A DNA stretch of 64,000 bases from Podarcis liolepis (taxonomy: Eukaryota). The notes under the pieces are model-generated. The model ran no database searches. It saw only the letters and a list, made by a program, of their open reading frames with translations, and was not told where the DNA came from. The DNA lies in assembly GCA_965112155.1 (NCBI GenBank), contig OZ218099.1. One strand, 5' to 3'. The position numbers and the translations under genes were made by a program. Shown here piece by piece: positions 40,713 to 52,020 of the stretch. The number at the start of each line of letters is the position of its first letter. Positions within the stretch are counted from its first letter, which is position 1.

Positions 40713-40926
40713 TAGGCATGACGGATTAGTGGCAGAGGTAGTGTGCTGGAATGGTTGCAGTGTCAGACTGGGGAGATCAGCGTTCAAATCCTCACTAAGC
40801 CATGAAGCTCACTGGGCAAGTCACTCTGCTTAACCTACCTCAAAGGGTTGTTGTGAGAATAAAATGTGTGTGCCCTACAGCTGCCATGAGCTCATAGAAG
40901 GAAACATGGTGTATAAATAAGACATA

Positions 40927-41314
40927 CCACATTTTCCCGTGTTTAAGACGATTTTTTTTATTATAATTAAATGTTAAGAATTGGGGGTTGTCTTATACAC
41001 GGATAGTGCAGAGGGGGCAATTAGTAGAGGCCGCTAACAGGAGATTGTCACCGGCAATAGATAGGGTGATTGTGGCTGCAGCAAGGCCTGTTGGCAATTG
41101 GCTGCTGCTCCAGCAATTGTGTGGGCGATTGGTGGCCAGCGGCCAGACGATTGGTGGCTTTGGCAAGGCGTGCGATTGGCAGCGGCGGTGCAGCATGTGA
41201 GCAATCCCCCCCCCCAAATAGCTCAACAACTCTGGGCAATCCCCCCCCCCCCAAAGCTGAACAGCTCTTGGCAATTTCCCTCCACTTGGGGTCCCAAAAA
41301 ATAGAAAAATATGG
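40927..41314. mobile_element. Mariner-type non-autonomous element, degenerate
   Basis: TA|CCACATTTTCCC...GAAAAATATGG|TA ends resembling the 4612 MITE; GC-rich interior. Confidence 0.55.
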
Positions 41315-41520
41315 TAAGTAGTGCCGAGACTGAACTGGCTGTGGCATATCATGGTGAAATGACCTAAAGGGGATTAGGATAGTGTTACAGAATGCAGCTT
41401 CTGTACATTTAGGACACAGTTCTTGCCTACTGAAAGGCAGAGGAGCAAAGTTTCTCATAAAATCTGGTTTAGGTCTATGGTTGAAATTGAAGGTCTTTCT
41501 AACCCTGCCTTCCCTTCCAG

Positions 41521-41674
41521 AATCGCATGCATGAGAGCCTGCACCTCTTCAACAGTATCTGCAACCACCGCTACTTTGCCACCACCTCCATTGTTCTCTT
41601 CCTCAACAAGAAAGACGTTTTCCAGGAAAAGATCAAGAAGGCCCATCTCAGCATCTGCTTTCCAGATTACGATG
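41521..41674 (+). CDS. GNAT1: Rod transducin alpha, exon 7 (NKKD)
   Basis: [52 protein letters not shown]; 154 nt. Confidence 0.97.
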
Positions 41675-41944
41675 GTGAGTTCCCAGCGTGCAACATCCAC
41701 ATTGGTGTGGCTGCAGCATCTTCTAGCGGGAGTGGGGCACTGACAGCCCCCCCCAGATTCTGTTGGATTCCAACTCCCATCAAGCCTAGCTAGCATGACC
41801 AGTGTTGGAGGGTTACGGGTGTTGCAGTCTAGCTCTTGGATAGCTCAGTTGGTTAGAGTGTGGTGCTGATAACACCAAGGTTGCTGGTTCGATCCCCATA
41901 TGGGACAGCTGCATATCCCTGCATTGCAGGGGGTTGGACTAGAT

Positions 41945-42660
41945 CAGTGTTTCCCAACCGGTGTTCCGCGGCACACTACTGTGCCGTGAGACGTTGGCTG
42001 GTGTGCCGTGGGAGGGAGGCGGGCGAGTCGGGCGGTGAGAGGCGGCGGCAGCGAGGATCCGCGTCGAGCCGGGGGCGGCTCCGCGGTGGTGGTGCCGAGG
42101 TTTCTCTCTCCATTCTCCCCTCACACACACACACAGGAAATAACACAGGATCAGCTGACAGGACCCAGCCAATGGGGCAGCGGCGGGGCAGCGCGTGCAA
42201 AAGGGAGGAGCGCGAGACAGCGGACGAGGAGGAGGCCGGCATGTCCGGGCAGCAACAGCAGCAGCAGCAACTCCCGGCGACGGCTCCTCAAGCCCCGGGC
42301 AACCCTACTCCCTCACCGGCCTCAGCCGGCCTCCTGCTCCACCCGCCGCCGCCTCCCCCGCTGCCGCCGGCCACCTCGGCCCCGCCGCCGCCCCCTCCTC
42401 CGCCCGCTATCGCCGCCACCACCACAACAGCCGCCGCCGCCGTCCCTCAGTCCCTCGCTTTGCTGCCTCCTCCCCCCCCACCCCAAAGCTTGGAGGTTCC
42501 CCGGCAAGGGGGAGGGGAAAAAATTGAAAACTTTCACTTTCGTGCGTCCCTCCCGGCGTGACGCTGCGCGCTGACGTCACGGGGCTGTAATGGTGGTGTG
42601 CCGCGAGATTTTTTTCATCAAACAAGTGTGCCTTTGCCCAAAAAAGGTTGGGAAACACTG
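41945..42660. mobile_element. Non-autonomous hAT transposon carrying captured CpG-island and gene fragments (Pack-hAT candidate)
   Basis: Perfect 15-bp TIR CAGTGTTTCCCAACC / GGTTGGGAAACACTG, perfect 8-bp TSD GACTAGAT (41937-41944, 42661-42668), subterminal GTGCC repeats, no transposase. Confidence 0.93.
42241..42450 (+). pseudogene. RANBP9: Captured fragment resembling RANBP9 (RanBPM) exon 1 N-terminus
   Basis: GCCGGC-ATG then [12 protein letters not shown]...AGLLLHPPPPPPLPPATSAPPPPPPPP; compare recalled human RANBP9 [19 protein letters not shown]...ALLLHPPPPPPPATAAPPPPPPP. Low complexity and unverified by search. Confidence 0.7.
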
Positions 42661-45000
42661 GACTAGATGATCCTCAGGGTCCCTTCCAACTCTATGACTC
42701 TATGAGCATCTGGAGGGCCACAGGTGTCCCATCCCTTGTCTCCTAGTGAGCAGAAATGCTGGAATTTGCATGGTAGATGCAGGAAGAGAGTTTTCTCTTT
42801 TTTAATTCTGAAAAAGGCTTCAGAAGATGAACACCAGCACAGTTGACTAGTTTCAGACTGGTCTGGTATTTTTATCAAATAAGCAAGAAATGGAAAATTG
42901 CATACATTTTGATGAAGTAAGGAGGAAATAAATTACCAAGGGCTGTACCATCATCCCACCCGCCTTTCCCAGAAAGATGGTGGTACTAGATGAGGACTAT
43001 AATATCACAATGAAGCAAGTTTTAATTTCTTCATCTCCACAAAGGCTCCCTCTTGTCAACCTAGAGGGTCAAATAATGCATTTGGTACAACTGGCACCAT
43101 ACAAAGATGGCCCAAGGAACACATTATTTTTGCAGCTGGCCTAACCATGTTAGAATTCATGAGTTAAGCCATGCTGACTTTCTGAATGACACCCACTTCT
43201 ATTATTTCATGGAGCTGTTAACAACACTCCTCTATTTTCTTGGGTAGATGCTGCATTAATCATGTGACTGGGGATGGGGAGGGCTGCAGGCAGGAATGGG
43301 AAGAGTTGGCCCTTTGTGCCCCCGGTGGAGAGCTTGGCGCTGTGTGTGCTTGGTGCTGTCTTGAACTTTTATTACAATGAGAAAGTAGATGGAGTATTTC
43401 ATTTGCTCCCTTGGAGCAAAAGGAACAAGTTACTTTCTGTAATCTATGGATATTATCTTGCAGGGAGAGAAGGTGGGTGTTCCCTTTTGTGGAAAAACCC
43501 AAAAACAAACATGTTTTGGGAAAGATGCCACTAGGGGGCCTCGGTGCTCTATGAAACATGACACTCCTCTGCCACGTAAACCAGAACCAGCATCTCCAGT
43601 GATCTTCCAAGGGCTGTGTGACAGACAGAACTTTTTTTTTTTAGTTTTCACACTTCTGTCTTGCCTATTATTCCTCATATTAGTCTTTAAAATTGCATTC
43701 CTCCAGCTCCTACCAAATGCAGGCACTTCAAATGTGCTGTTCTTGGTGTGGTCATGGTTAAAAAGCTGAATGCATGCAAAACTCCTATTGCCCCCCCCCC
43801 CCTTTTTAAGGAGCCATTGGATGTTGCAAATGGAGAGGGAGGGTGGCTTAACCAATCCCCCCTTGGCCATTTTGTTGCTCAAAATTGCCCCTAACTGCCT
43901 TTTCACCCACAGTGGAAAAGTCAAGAGTTGGGACTGATGCCCAAACTAGGAGCAATGAGAGCATCTCTTTACCTTGGGTTCTGGTCCAAATCCTGTCTAA
44001 AGCAGGGGACACTGGCTTAGCCTTTAGCAGGGAAGCATGTGTCTAGGCTAACCCTGCCCCCCTTACCTCCCCGACAGATGCTTTTCTCCTCAGCTACTGC
44101 AGTAAGTAGCAGCAGTGAGTTCAGCTGGAAGAGAAGTACTGGGTGGTTAGAGGGAAGGCTTAGATCCCCTCATCTGCACACCACTTCTGCTTTCAGTACT
44201 GGCCCCTCAGTTCCCTACTTGGTATATGTGATTGGAACAGACAAACAGACCTGATGTCACATCCAGTTTTACCCTTCGCATGAAATTTGTATTATTTTAG
44301 GGCCAAATATGACTCAATACTCTTTCCAATAAGAAAAATATCTGGAAAACCCGGGGGTTATCAAAATATCAAACTTTTTAATAAAAAAGCATGATTATTT
44401 GAATCCGAGAAAGTTCTAAAGTACCATTTGAAAGCCTAGAGAACCCTGGAAAGCTGCACATACTTAGCAGTCCCCACACCCCTTTCACCAAATGAGCAAG
44501 TTTTTAGGAAAGAGCTTTCTTACAAATGTCAGATGAGGTTTATATGAAGGACGAGGGCCCCTAAGATATGCAGATTCTGAAGTTACCTGGGGAATTACAG
44601 AACATCGAAAGGGATGTTCTGTGAGCAACAGAAATGTGAGGTACAGAGCACTTCCCACTTTTGCTATAATTATTGCTATCATGTCAAACAAAGTGATTAA
44701 GCTGCAGCAGCTGCCGTGCTCTGCATGGCAGAGATTGGGATAAATTCTTCACAGCCTGAGGTCCAGCAGGTTTCAGGTTTAGTGTGGTGGACAGGGGGCA
44801 CGTCATAGTTGTGTCCAATCTCAACTTGCCCCAGGAGGCATATATCACAATAAATAATTAGAGCCCTGCCTCATTTGTGGGTGGAGGATGATTCCAAGGC
44901 AGGAGGTATCATGTGGAAATGTGTAGAGGCAATTTTTTTAAAAACCAATTCCTAAGTGAAGCTGCTCTCTGATACCATCCCAGCATCCGTGTCTATACAG

Positions 45001-45191
45001 GGTCCAATACCTACGAGGATGCCGGTGCCTACATCAAGGTGCAGTTCCTGGAGCTGAACATAAGGAAAGATGTGAAGGAAATCTACTCACACATGACCTG
45101 TGCCACAGACACCCAGAATGTCAAGTTTGTCTTTGATGCTGTCACTGACATAATCATCAAAGAAAATCTGAAGGACTGTGGCCTTTTCTGA
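45001..45191 (+). CDS. GNAT1: Rod transducin alpha, exon 8 (last coding exon)
   Basis: [63 protein letters not shown]; summed CDS 1053 nt = 350 aa + stop. Confidence 0.97.
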
Positions 45192-45798
45192 CTGCAGGTG
45201 GGTTTTTCTCCCAGGTTGTTCAACTCTATGCAGTGGGTAAGCCAAGACCCCACTTTCCTAATGCAAATGGTCAGGCGGAACCTGTTGTATTATTTGATTG
45301 TGCAATGAGAAGTAAAGCAGCCTTCTGCAGCAGAGCAAGGCAGACTCTTGGCGTCACCACTGAACCATTTGGGGGGGGGTGTGGAGTGGGAGGCCTGTAT
45401 CTCAAAATTGGATGATAAATACCTTGCACATAAAAGGTCAAAGATCACAGTTCAGTGTCTGACATCTCCAGTTTGGTAGTAGGTGATGTGAAACCACGCT
45501 GGTCTGAGGCCCTGAAGAACTGCTTCCAGGGAGAGCAAATGAGTTTTAGACAAGCAACTTGGCCTAGTAAGCAATGAATTCCCATGGTCCCTTAACAACA
45601 ACAGAGGGCAAGCGCCCAAGCCCTGCTTGTGGGAATCTGTGAGGAGTTGGGTTTGCCGATATGCAGAGCAGGATTCTTGCTCTGAGCCAGCAAAGCTATT
45701 CGGTTGCTAGGATAGGGTAGGCCAAAGTGGCTTTCAAGGAAAACTAGTTGCTAAGTGGGATCTTTGTTCCTCACTTTGTACACCTTTTCTCTCTCTAG

Positions 45799-46640
45799 GT
45801 ATTCCTGGCCCTTCTAGTGAAATGCAGCATTGCAAATTCAGCAGTGTGAAAGGGAAGCTTTCCCCTCACCTGAGCTTATGCACTCATTCGCATTCGTTCT
45901 TGCATGCTGGCTGGCTATAGTGATCCACATATGGGGAAAGGAGTTTCTCCCTCATCTGAGCTAAGCCAGACAAAAGATTCTCCATCCCGTCATGGGCGTT
46001 TAATTGACCCCCTGGAGTTGGAACTCTGAGATTACTAGGCAGCTTCCAAATACACCCCAGGAGTGTTGACCGCTACCTCTTCCTTGACACCCAGGAAAAG
46101 CAGACAAGAGCTTCATTCTGGTAACTCACTTTCTACCTAAGCCACCTCTGTGGTGTGGGAGTTGTTAAGCATGTGTGGAGTTTCCTCCCATATTGGGCTT
46201 GTTTGCGGAGTCCTGACAGTTTAGGAAAGCTTTTTCTTTCTGTCCCCTTTGATTTCTGCTCTTGTAAATAGTGGGCACTTGCTAGGCTTCTTATAGGTGT
46301 ACTAGGGCACTAACACACCTGTGCACACAGGGTGCTGCAGTAGCACGAGTAGATGGAGAGAGATTCGAGTCTTTACACAAGGTGCAAAAGCTTGAAAGCC
46401 AAACTCCTGGCCAAGGCAGAAGTCAAAATCTTAGAGCTATCCTTAATACAAGATTTCAGTTTTAATTTTTGCTTAAATGGCATTTTCTCAGCATGGTTCT
46501 CTAGTGAAGCCTTTTCTTTGTTTCACTGGGGGGCTCTGTAATTATCTGTAGCAGCACCAACAGTCTGTGCCCAAACACAGTGACCTCACAATATCACAAA
46601 TAGCTGGTTTTATCAATAAATAAGCACATTTTTTTCTTTA
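45799..46640 (+). other. GNAT1: Putative non-coding terminal exon (3'UTR) of GNAT1
   Basis: Donor CAG|GTGGGT 6 nt after the stop (45198); strong acceptor CCTTTTCTCTCTCTAG at 45798; AATAAA at 46615. Confidence 0.7.
46615..46620 (+). terminator. Candidate GNAT1 polyadenylation signal
   Basis: AATAAA followed by a long T-rich tract. Confidence 0.65.
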
Positions 46641-47904
46641 TACTTTATCTCTTTCGTTTCTAGTACTTAGAATCATTTATCTATTACTCTTTCTTTAGCT
46701 TGGAGTGATCTGTATTTAGTTACTAGTTCTTAGAGCTATTTTATGTGATCCTAATTCACCTGCTGGGTCATTCAGGAATTACTATCCCAATTCTTTTGGC
46801 TGGGGAGGGGGAGACATCTATAAGACCCTACAAAAGTGTATTTTAAAATAGAGTTGTGCTATAAAACAACATACTTCACACCCATGTATATATGGCTGTG
46901 GTTATTTAAAGCATGCTGAATGGGAAAGTACATTAAAAATGGCAGTTATGGTACATTAACTGGAGGCTACAGGAACTGTGCAAAAGAAGGCCGCACCAGC
47001 CATGGATTCTGCACAGATCCCAGCCAGTCAATGTTCATAGATCCTAAATAATGTAATGACATGTGCAGATTCAGTAAACAGGGAATTCCACACATTTTCT
47101 GATCACTTGGACACTGAAAATTTACAGGTCAACATAGATTTATATAACACATTGAACACAATCTGAGAGAGCAGGCATACTGACTGCACAATGGACACAA
47201 TTCCTTTTTCATCTTTCTATTATGTGCACGTTTTCCACATCTGAATATGCACAACAGCTACTTTCCCTGCACATTTGGTTTATGTGCACACTCCCTGCGC
47301 CAACCTCAGCACCACCAAAAAAGAAAAGAAAAAAAAGATAGTTCCTCATGGTATTTCCAAGCAGAGGTCTCTAATGGGAACCTTGAGAGATGGCTTTCAC
47401 AGAGTTGCTCAAGTTAGGAAAGGTTCTTCTTTGCTGTCTATGATATGTCTCTGGCTTCCTCCCAGCCAAGCGAGGAAGCCAGTGGTGTAGTCCACACCAT
47501 GCAGCAAATGGTTACACACATCCCCTAATCAGCTGTGGGGGCTGGGAATGGCAGGTGATCTGCTGCACTGGACACTGCTAGAAAGGCTAGGAGCCCATGT
47601 GTTATCTTAAGACTTTACTCATTCACGCTTGTTCTGAGAAGTGCGATTTCCAAGGGTTGTGGCTGATCATAAACTTAAACAAAGCCATGTGCCTGAGTTT
47701 TATCTAAACCAAACCACTTGCAAACCTTGAAGTGCAGATGATGCCAGACTGATGGAACGCCTTTCAGAGCCATGTGCAAAGCCAGCTCTTCGGTGCTGTG
47801 TTGTGTTTTCGTGGCCCCGGTTTAAAGCAAAATGGTCTGGCGAAATCCATTTGGCAATGCAGAAGTCCTCACTGGTGCGTGCAAGAGAAGCAATGCAGAG
47901 TAAA

Positions 47905-49079
47905 CAGGGCTTTCTTTCTACTTTTTATTATTTCAAACCGTGTGAACAATTTGGTAAAACATTGTGATAAAAGCTAGGCTGCGTCTTGACGGTTACTAAT
48001 GGCCCCGGTGCCCATCGACTGCCCGGCAGGCAGGACCGCTTAACATACAGCAGTGTTTCCTCAACTGATACTACAGTTAGAGCTAAGAAAATACATTAAA
48101 ATAGACCTGACATTACAGCAACCTCAGGCCCTGGGGTGGGGCACAAAGGAATGGAAAGAAGTCCTTAGTGGAATCTTAGCCCTTAGGAACCTAATTCTGT
48201 GGCCAGGAAGAAAAGGTGTTTTAAACCCATGGGCGCTGCCCCCTCATAAAAAGCTTGGCCTGGACCACAGCAGAAAGGGAGAAAAGGGCTGGGGGGAAGA
48301 GAAAGGGGGAGTCCATTTTATGCTAATCTAAAACACAATGCACATTGAAGCAAACTAAGAAACAGATGTAAACATACAGACACCCTCAAGGCACAAAATT
48401 TACTAGAGAAGATGAGCTCATGTTGGGCAACTCAACTGTTTACTACATGACATTTTAAATAAGGGTTTCTTTTTTTAAAAAAAAAAGGTTTTTAAAAAAA
48501 ATAGGTCAACTTTTCCTGCACAAGTTGGCTTCTGGAGGAATGTTTTTTTCGTTTTCTTGCCAGTCTGTGCAAATCATGGAGGTAGGAGCTGAGAAGCTTG
48601 CTCCATGGCAAGAGCTCCACCTGTTGGAAGGTGAAAAACAAATGGACAGTGGTTTGCTTTGGCAGAGCCAGACAGAGGTTTGCTTGGACCATTTGCCTTA
48701 AAAAAAAAGGAAAGGAAAAATCATTAAAAACATGTCCAAAGCCCCTTGACCGGTTACCTTCTGCACTTCAGCTTTAAAAAATAAAAATGGACATACATGG
48801 AAATGTTACAGCTATGGCAGGCCACCAATCATTGGTGCTTCAGTAAGGCTTTGTGGGCACAGGGATAGGATACAAGCAGCCTGCAAGAGGCACCCGGGAC
48901 AGCACAGAGCAGGGGAAGCAATGGAAACTGTCCCTCGGACAGGCAGAAACTCCAAAGTCTCATCATTAGGGAAATGAAAAGGAATGGAACAAAAATGTAA
49001 GAAGCAGAAGTCATTAAATGGTGCAGTCCTCCCTTCATCAAAACCAGCCTCTTCCTCATATGGAGCAGTTCAAGTAATC
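47905..49079 (-). other. GNAI2: Non-coding terminal exon (3'UTR) of GNAI2
   Basis: Donor AAG|GTGAGG 35 nt after the stop (50042); acceptor TCTCTCCTTTTGCAG at 49080; polyA signal at 47924-47929. Confidence 0.7.
47924..47929 (-). terminator. Candidate GNAI2 polyadenylation signal
   Basis: AATAAA on - within TTGTTCACACGGTTTGAAATAATAAAAAGTAGAAAG, resembling the recalled mammalian GNAI2 mRNA end. Confidence 0.75.
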
Positions 49080-50077
49080 CTGCAAAAGGAGAGAGCACAG
49101 AAAAGTGAATCAGCTCAAGCTGGAAGAAGAGTGCACTGGCCACAGGCATTGGCAGGACCCCTGGAGCTGCTTTTGGAGTCTGCTGCCTCTGATTTTCTGC
49201 ACATCTGTCAGAACGGAAGTCAATTATCCGAAGGAGTCGGACAGATATACACAAACATTGCTCACTTCAGTGGCCATGATGGAGCCAAGCAACGTGCAGC
49301 TTGCACCACATGTGCAACCATTGATTCAGTACCTCCCCAGTCTGTGAGCTGCATGTTAGTTTGTAATATACCCAGAGAAAGAAGGCTTCACCCATCATTT
49401 CTTAAACACATAAGAGAGCCTGCTGGATCAGGCCACTTATTATTCATAAAATTTGTATACTGCTCATCATCAGAGGATCACAGGGCGGCTGACAATATAA
49501 AAATACAATACCAAATAAAAAGAATACTTCCATCTCCCCAAGTTTGAAAGGCCAGAGATAGTTTAATACAAAGCCAAAGGCCTGGGAACTAATCTCTGAT
49601 GGACCATCTTTCTGAGCCTGGAATTATGTCAAGGGGCCCAGACACATTTCAAGATTAGTTCAGAGCAGTTTAACAAGTTGATCTCCACTTCATCTCCACT
49701 GAGTCTGAAGGGAGCCCACATGAAAACAAGCTAGCATTTCTCTCCTCCAGCAAGCCAAGCCCTCCAGCTCCCATCAACTCAAGTTCACAGGGCATCAATG
49801 ATTCTGCTTCATCTTTCTGCAATGGCAAAACCACTCCTCTGCCCCTTCGCCCTGCCAGCTCTCAGTGCCCATCCACCTTTGGCATCTCAAACAGTCGCTT
49901 CTGCTACTACCTTTGAGACACAGCCACACACAATGGTGCATATTAAGATGTACAGAGATGTCACAGAATTGACAGCCATGTCTTGCTCACACATTTATTT
50001 CCTGGGAAGAAACAGAAGTGCATGCCCTGTGCAATGCCTCACCTTCCTGTGTTCCTCAGTAGATGCCGCCTGGAGAG

Positions 50078-50268
50078 CTAGAAGAGCCCACAGTCCTTCA
50101 GGTTATTTTTGATGATGACATCAGTGACAGCATCGAAGACAAACTGCACGTTCTTGGTATCAGTGGCACAGGTGAAGTGGGTGTAGATCTCCTTGGTGTC
50201 CTTCCTCTTGTTCAGGTCCTCAAACTTGCTCTGGATGTAGCCAGCAGCTTCATCATACTTGTTGGCCC
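50078..50268 (-). CDS. GNAI2: G protein alpha-i2, last coding exon
   Basis: [63 protein letters not shown]; ANKYDEAA and IQSKFEDL are diagnostic of Gi2; 191 nt. Confidence 0.96.
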
Positions 50269-50885
50269 CTAAGGAAGAGGAGGAAAGAAAGAGAATGAGA
50301 GAGAGATCCACAGAATGATATCAGGACAGGACTGGGTGCGCTAACTCAATGTAGATTTCTGCCCCTGAAATGACACCCATGGAATCAGACGCTGGTAATT
50401 CAGAAAAGCAATGCATTAACTCCTGCTATAGTCCTTAAAGAGGCCAACGTATACTGCTAACAATACTGGGAACAATCATACCTACAGCTTGAGCTTATTT
50501 TAATCCATGAGCAGTTTATAGTAGAAATGTGGTATGGCAGAGTTGAAGACTGTGGCCCGGAAAAAGCTCTGATTTCCTCATCCGCCTAGTACTGAGTAGT
50601 AACTGAATGAATTTACAGCAAAACTGACTAAATAAATTCAAAGGGAAATACACTGGCTGACCGGCTCCTGCTCATGAAACTCAAGAGCCACACAGCTTAG
50701 TCATACCAGGAAGCTGCAATGCTGACACAAGCCATTGCAATAGAGCGGTGCATTTTTCAAGGGGGGGGGGAGTGTTCATGCCACTTTGCAAAACGATCAG
50801 TTTCACACTTTCCAAAGCAATATGAGAACTGAAACACAGCCATTCTTTGAAATTCACACCTATCTGAATTTTGTGGTGCAGTTCT

Positions 50886-51927
50886 CATAGAATCATAGAG
50901 TTGGAATAGACCACAAGGGCCATCAAGTCCAACCCCCTGCCAAGCAGGAAACACCATCTGAGCACTCCTGACATATGGTTGTCAAGCCTCTGCTTAAAGA
51001 CCTCCAAAGTAGGAGACTCCACCACACTCCTTGGCAGCAAATTCCACCGTTGAACAGCTCTTACTGTCAGGAAGTTCTTCCTAATGTTTAGGTGGAATCT
51101 TCTTTCTTGTAGTTTGGATCCATTGCTCCGTGTCCGCTTCTCTGGAGCAGCAGTAAACAACCTTTCTCCCTCCTCTATGTGACATCCTTTTATATATTTG
51201 AACATGGCTATCATATCACCCCTTAACCTCCTCTTCTCCAGGCTAAACATGCCCAGCTCCCTTAGCCATTCCTCATAAGGCATCGTTTCCGGGTCTTTGA
51301 CCATTTTGGTTGCCCTCCTCTGGACACGTTCCAGTTTGTCAGTGTCCTTCTTGAACTGTGGTGCCCAGAACTGGACACAGTACTCCAGGTGAGGTCTGAC
51401 CAGAGCAGAATACAGTGGCACGATTACTTCCCTTGATCTAGATGCTATACTCCTATTGATGCAGCCCAGAATTGCATTGGCTTTTTTAGCTGCTGCGTCA
51501 CACTGTTGGCTCATGTCAAGTTTGTGGTCAACCAAGACTCCTAGATCCTTTTCACACGTACTGCTCTCAAGCCAGGTGTCACCCATCTTGTATTTGTGCC
51601 TCTCATTTTTTTTTGCCCAAGTGCAATACTTTACATTTCTCCCTGTTAAAGTTCATCTTGTTTGTTTTGGCCCAGTTCTCCAATCTGTAAAGGTCGTTTT
51701 GAAGTGTGATCCTGTCCTCTGGTGTGTTAGCCACCCCTCCCAGTTTGGTGTCATCTGCAAATTTGATCAGGATGCCCTTGAGTCCATCATCCAAGTCGTT
51801 GAATAAGACCGGGCCCAAGACAGAACCCTGTGGCACCCCACTAGTCACTCTTCTCCAGGATGAAGAGGAACCATTGATGAGCACCCTTTCGGTTCGGTCA
51901 GTCAGCCAGTTACAAATCCACTGAGTC
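50886..51927 (-). mobile_element. 5'-truncated CR1 LINE (RT C-terminal half + 3' end), frameshifted
   Basis: [51 protein letters not shown] motifs across ORFs 51603-52019 and 50885-51586; ATTCTATG tail. Confidence 0.95.
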
Positions 51928-51982
51928 AAACCATAGTTGACAAAAACGCCAAAAAGAAATGCATTAGGATGAATTTGTGAGG

Positions 51983-52019
<37 letters not shown>

Positions 52020-52020
52020 C
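51983..52020. repeat. (ACA)n microsatellite
   Basis: Direct reading. Confidence 0.95.

Larger units (their letters stand above)
41832..42705 (+). mobile_element. Short tRNA-derived SINE with CR1-like tail (Squam3-like), interrupted by the hAT at 41945-42660
   Basis: A box TAGCTCAGTTGG (41841-41852), B box GGTTCGATCCC (41886-41896); tail GGTCCCTTCCAACTCTATGACTCTATGA resumes after the TSD. Confidence 0.85.
41735..42738. mobile_element. Old hAT-like MITE split by nested SINE and hAT insertions
   Basis: Left part ...CCAACTCCCATCA...GTTGCAGTCT resumes after the SINE as AGCATCTGGAGGGCCACAGGTGTCCCATCCCT; an uninterrupted related end lies at ~54410-54476. Confidence 0.55.

Noticed and set aside
41832-41905. 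tRNA gene (A and B boxes)
   Set aside because: It continues into a CR1-like tail and lacks a convincing cloverleaf; it is a SINE head.
41860-42561. 233-aa ORF spanning SINE and hAT as a novel gene
   Set aside because: It starts at a non-ATG codon inside a SINE and crosses the transposon TIR; the length is explained by GC richness. Only the part from 42241 is treated as captured coding sequence.
43340-43700. Minus-strand AATAAA (43368-43373) as the end of an antisense transcript overlapping GNAT1
   Set aside because: A single hexamer without a downstream GU-rich element or upstream exon evidence; expected by chance.
50885-52019. 233-aa and 138-aa ORFs as host genes
   Set aside because: They are frameshifted, 5'-truncated CR1 reverse transcriptase remnants.
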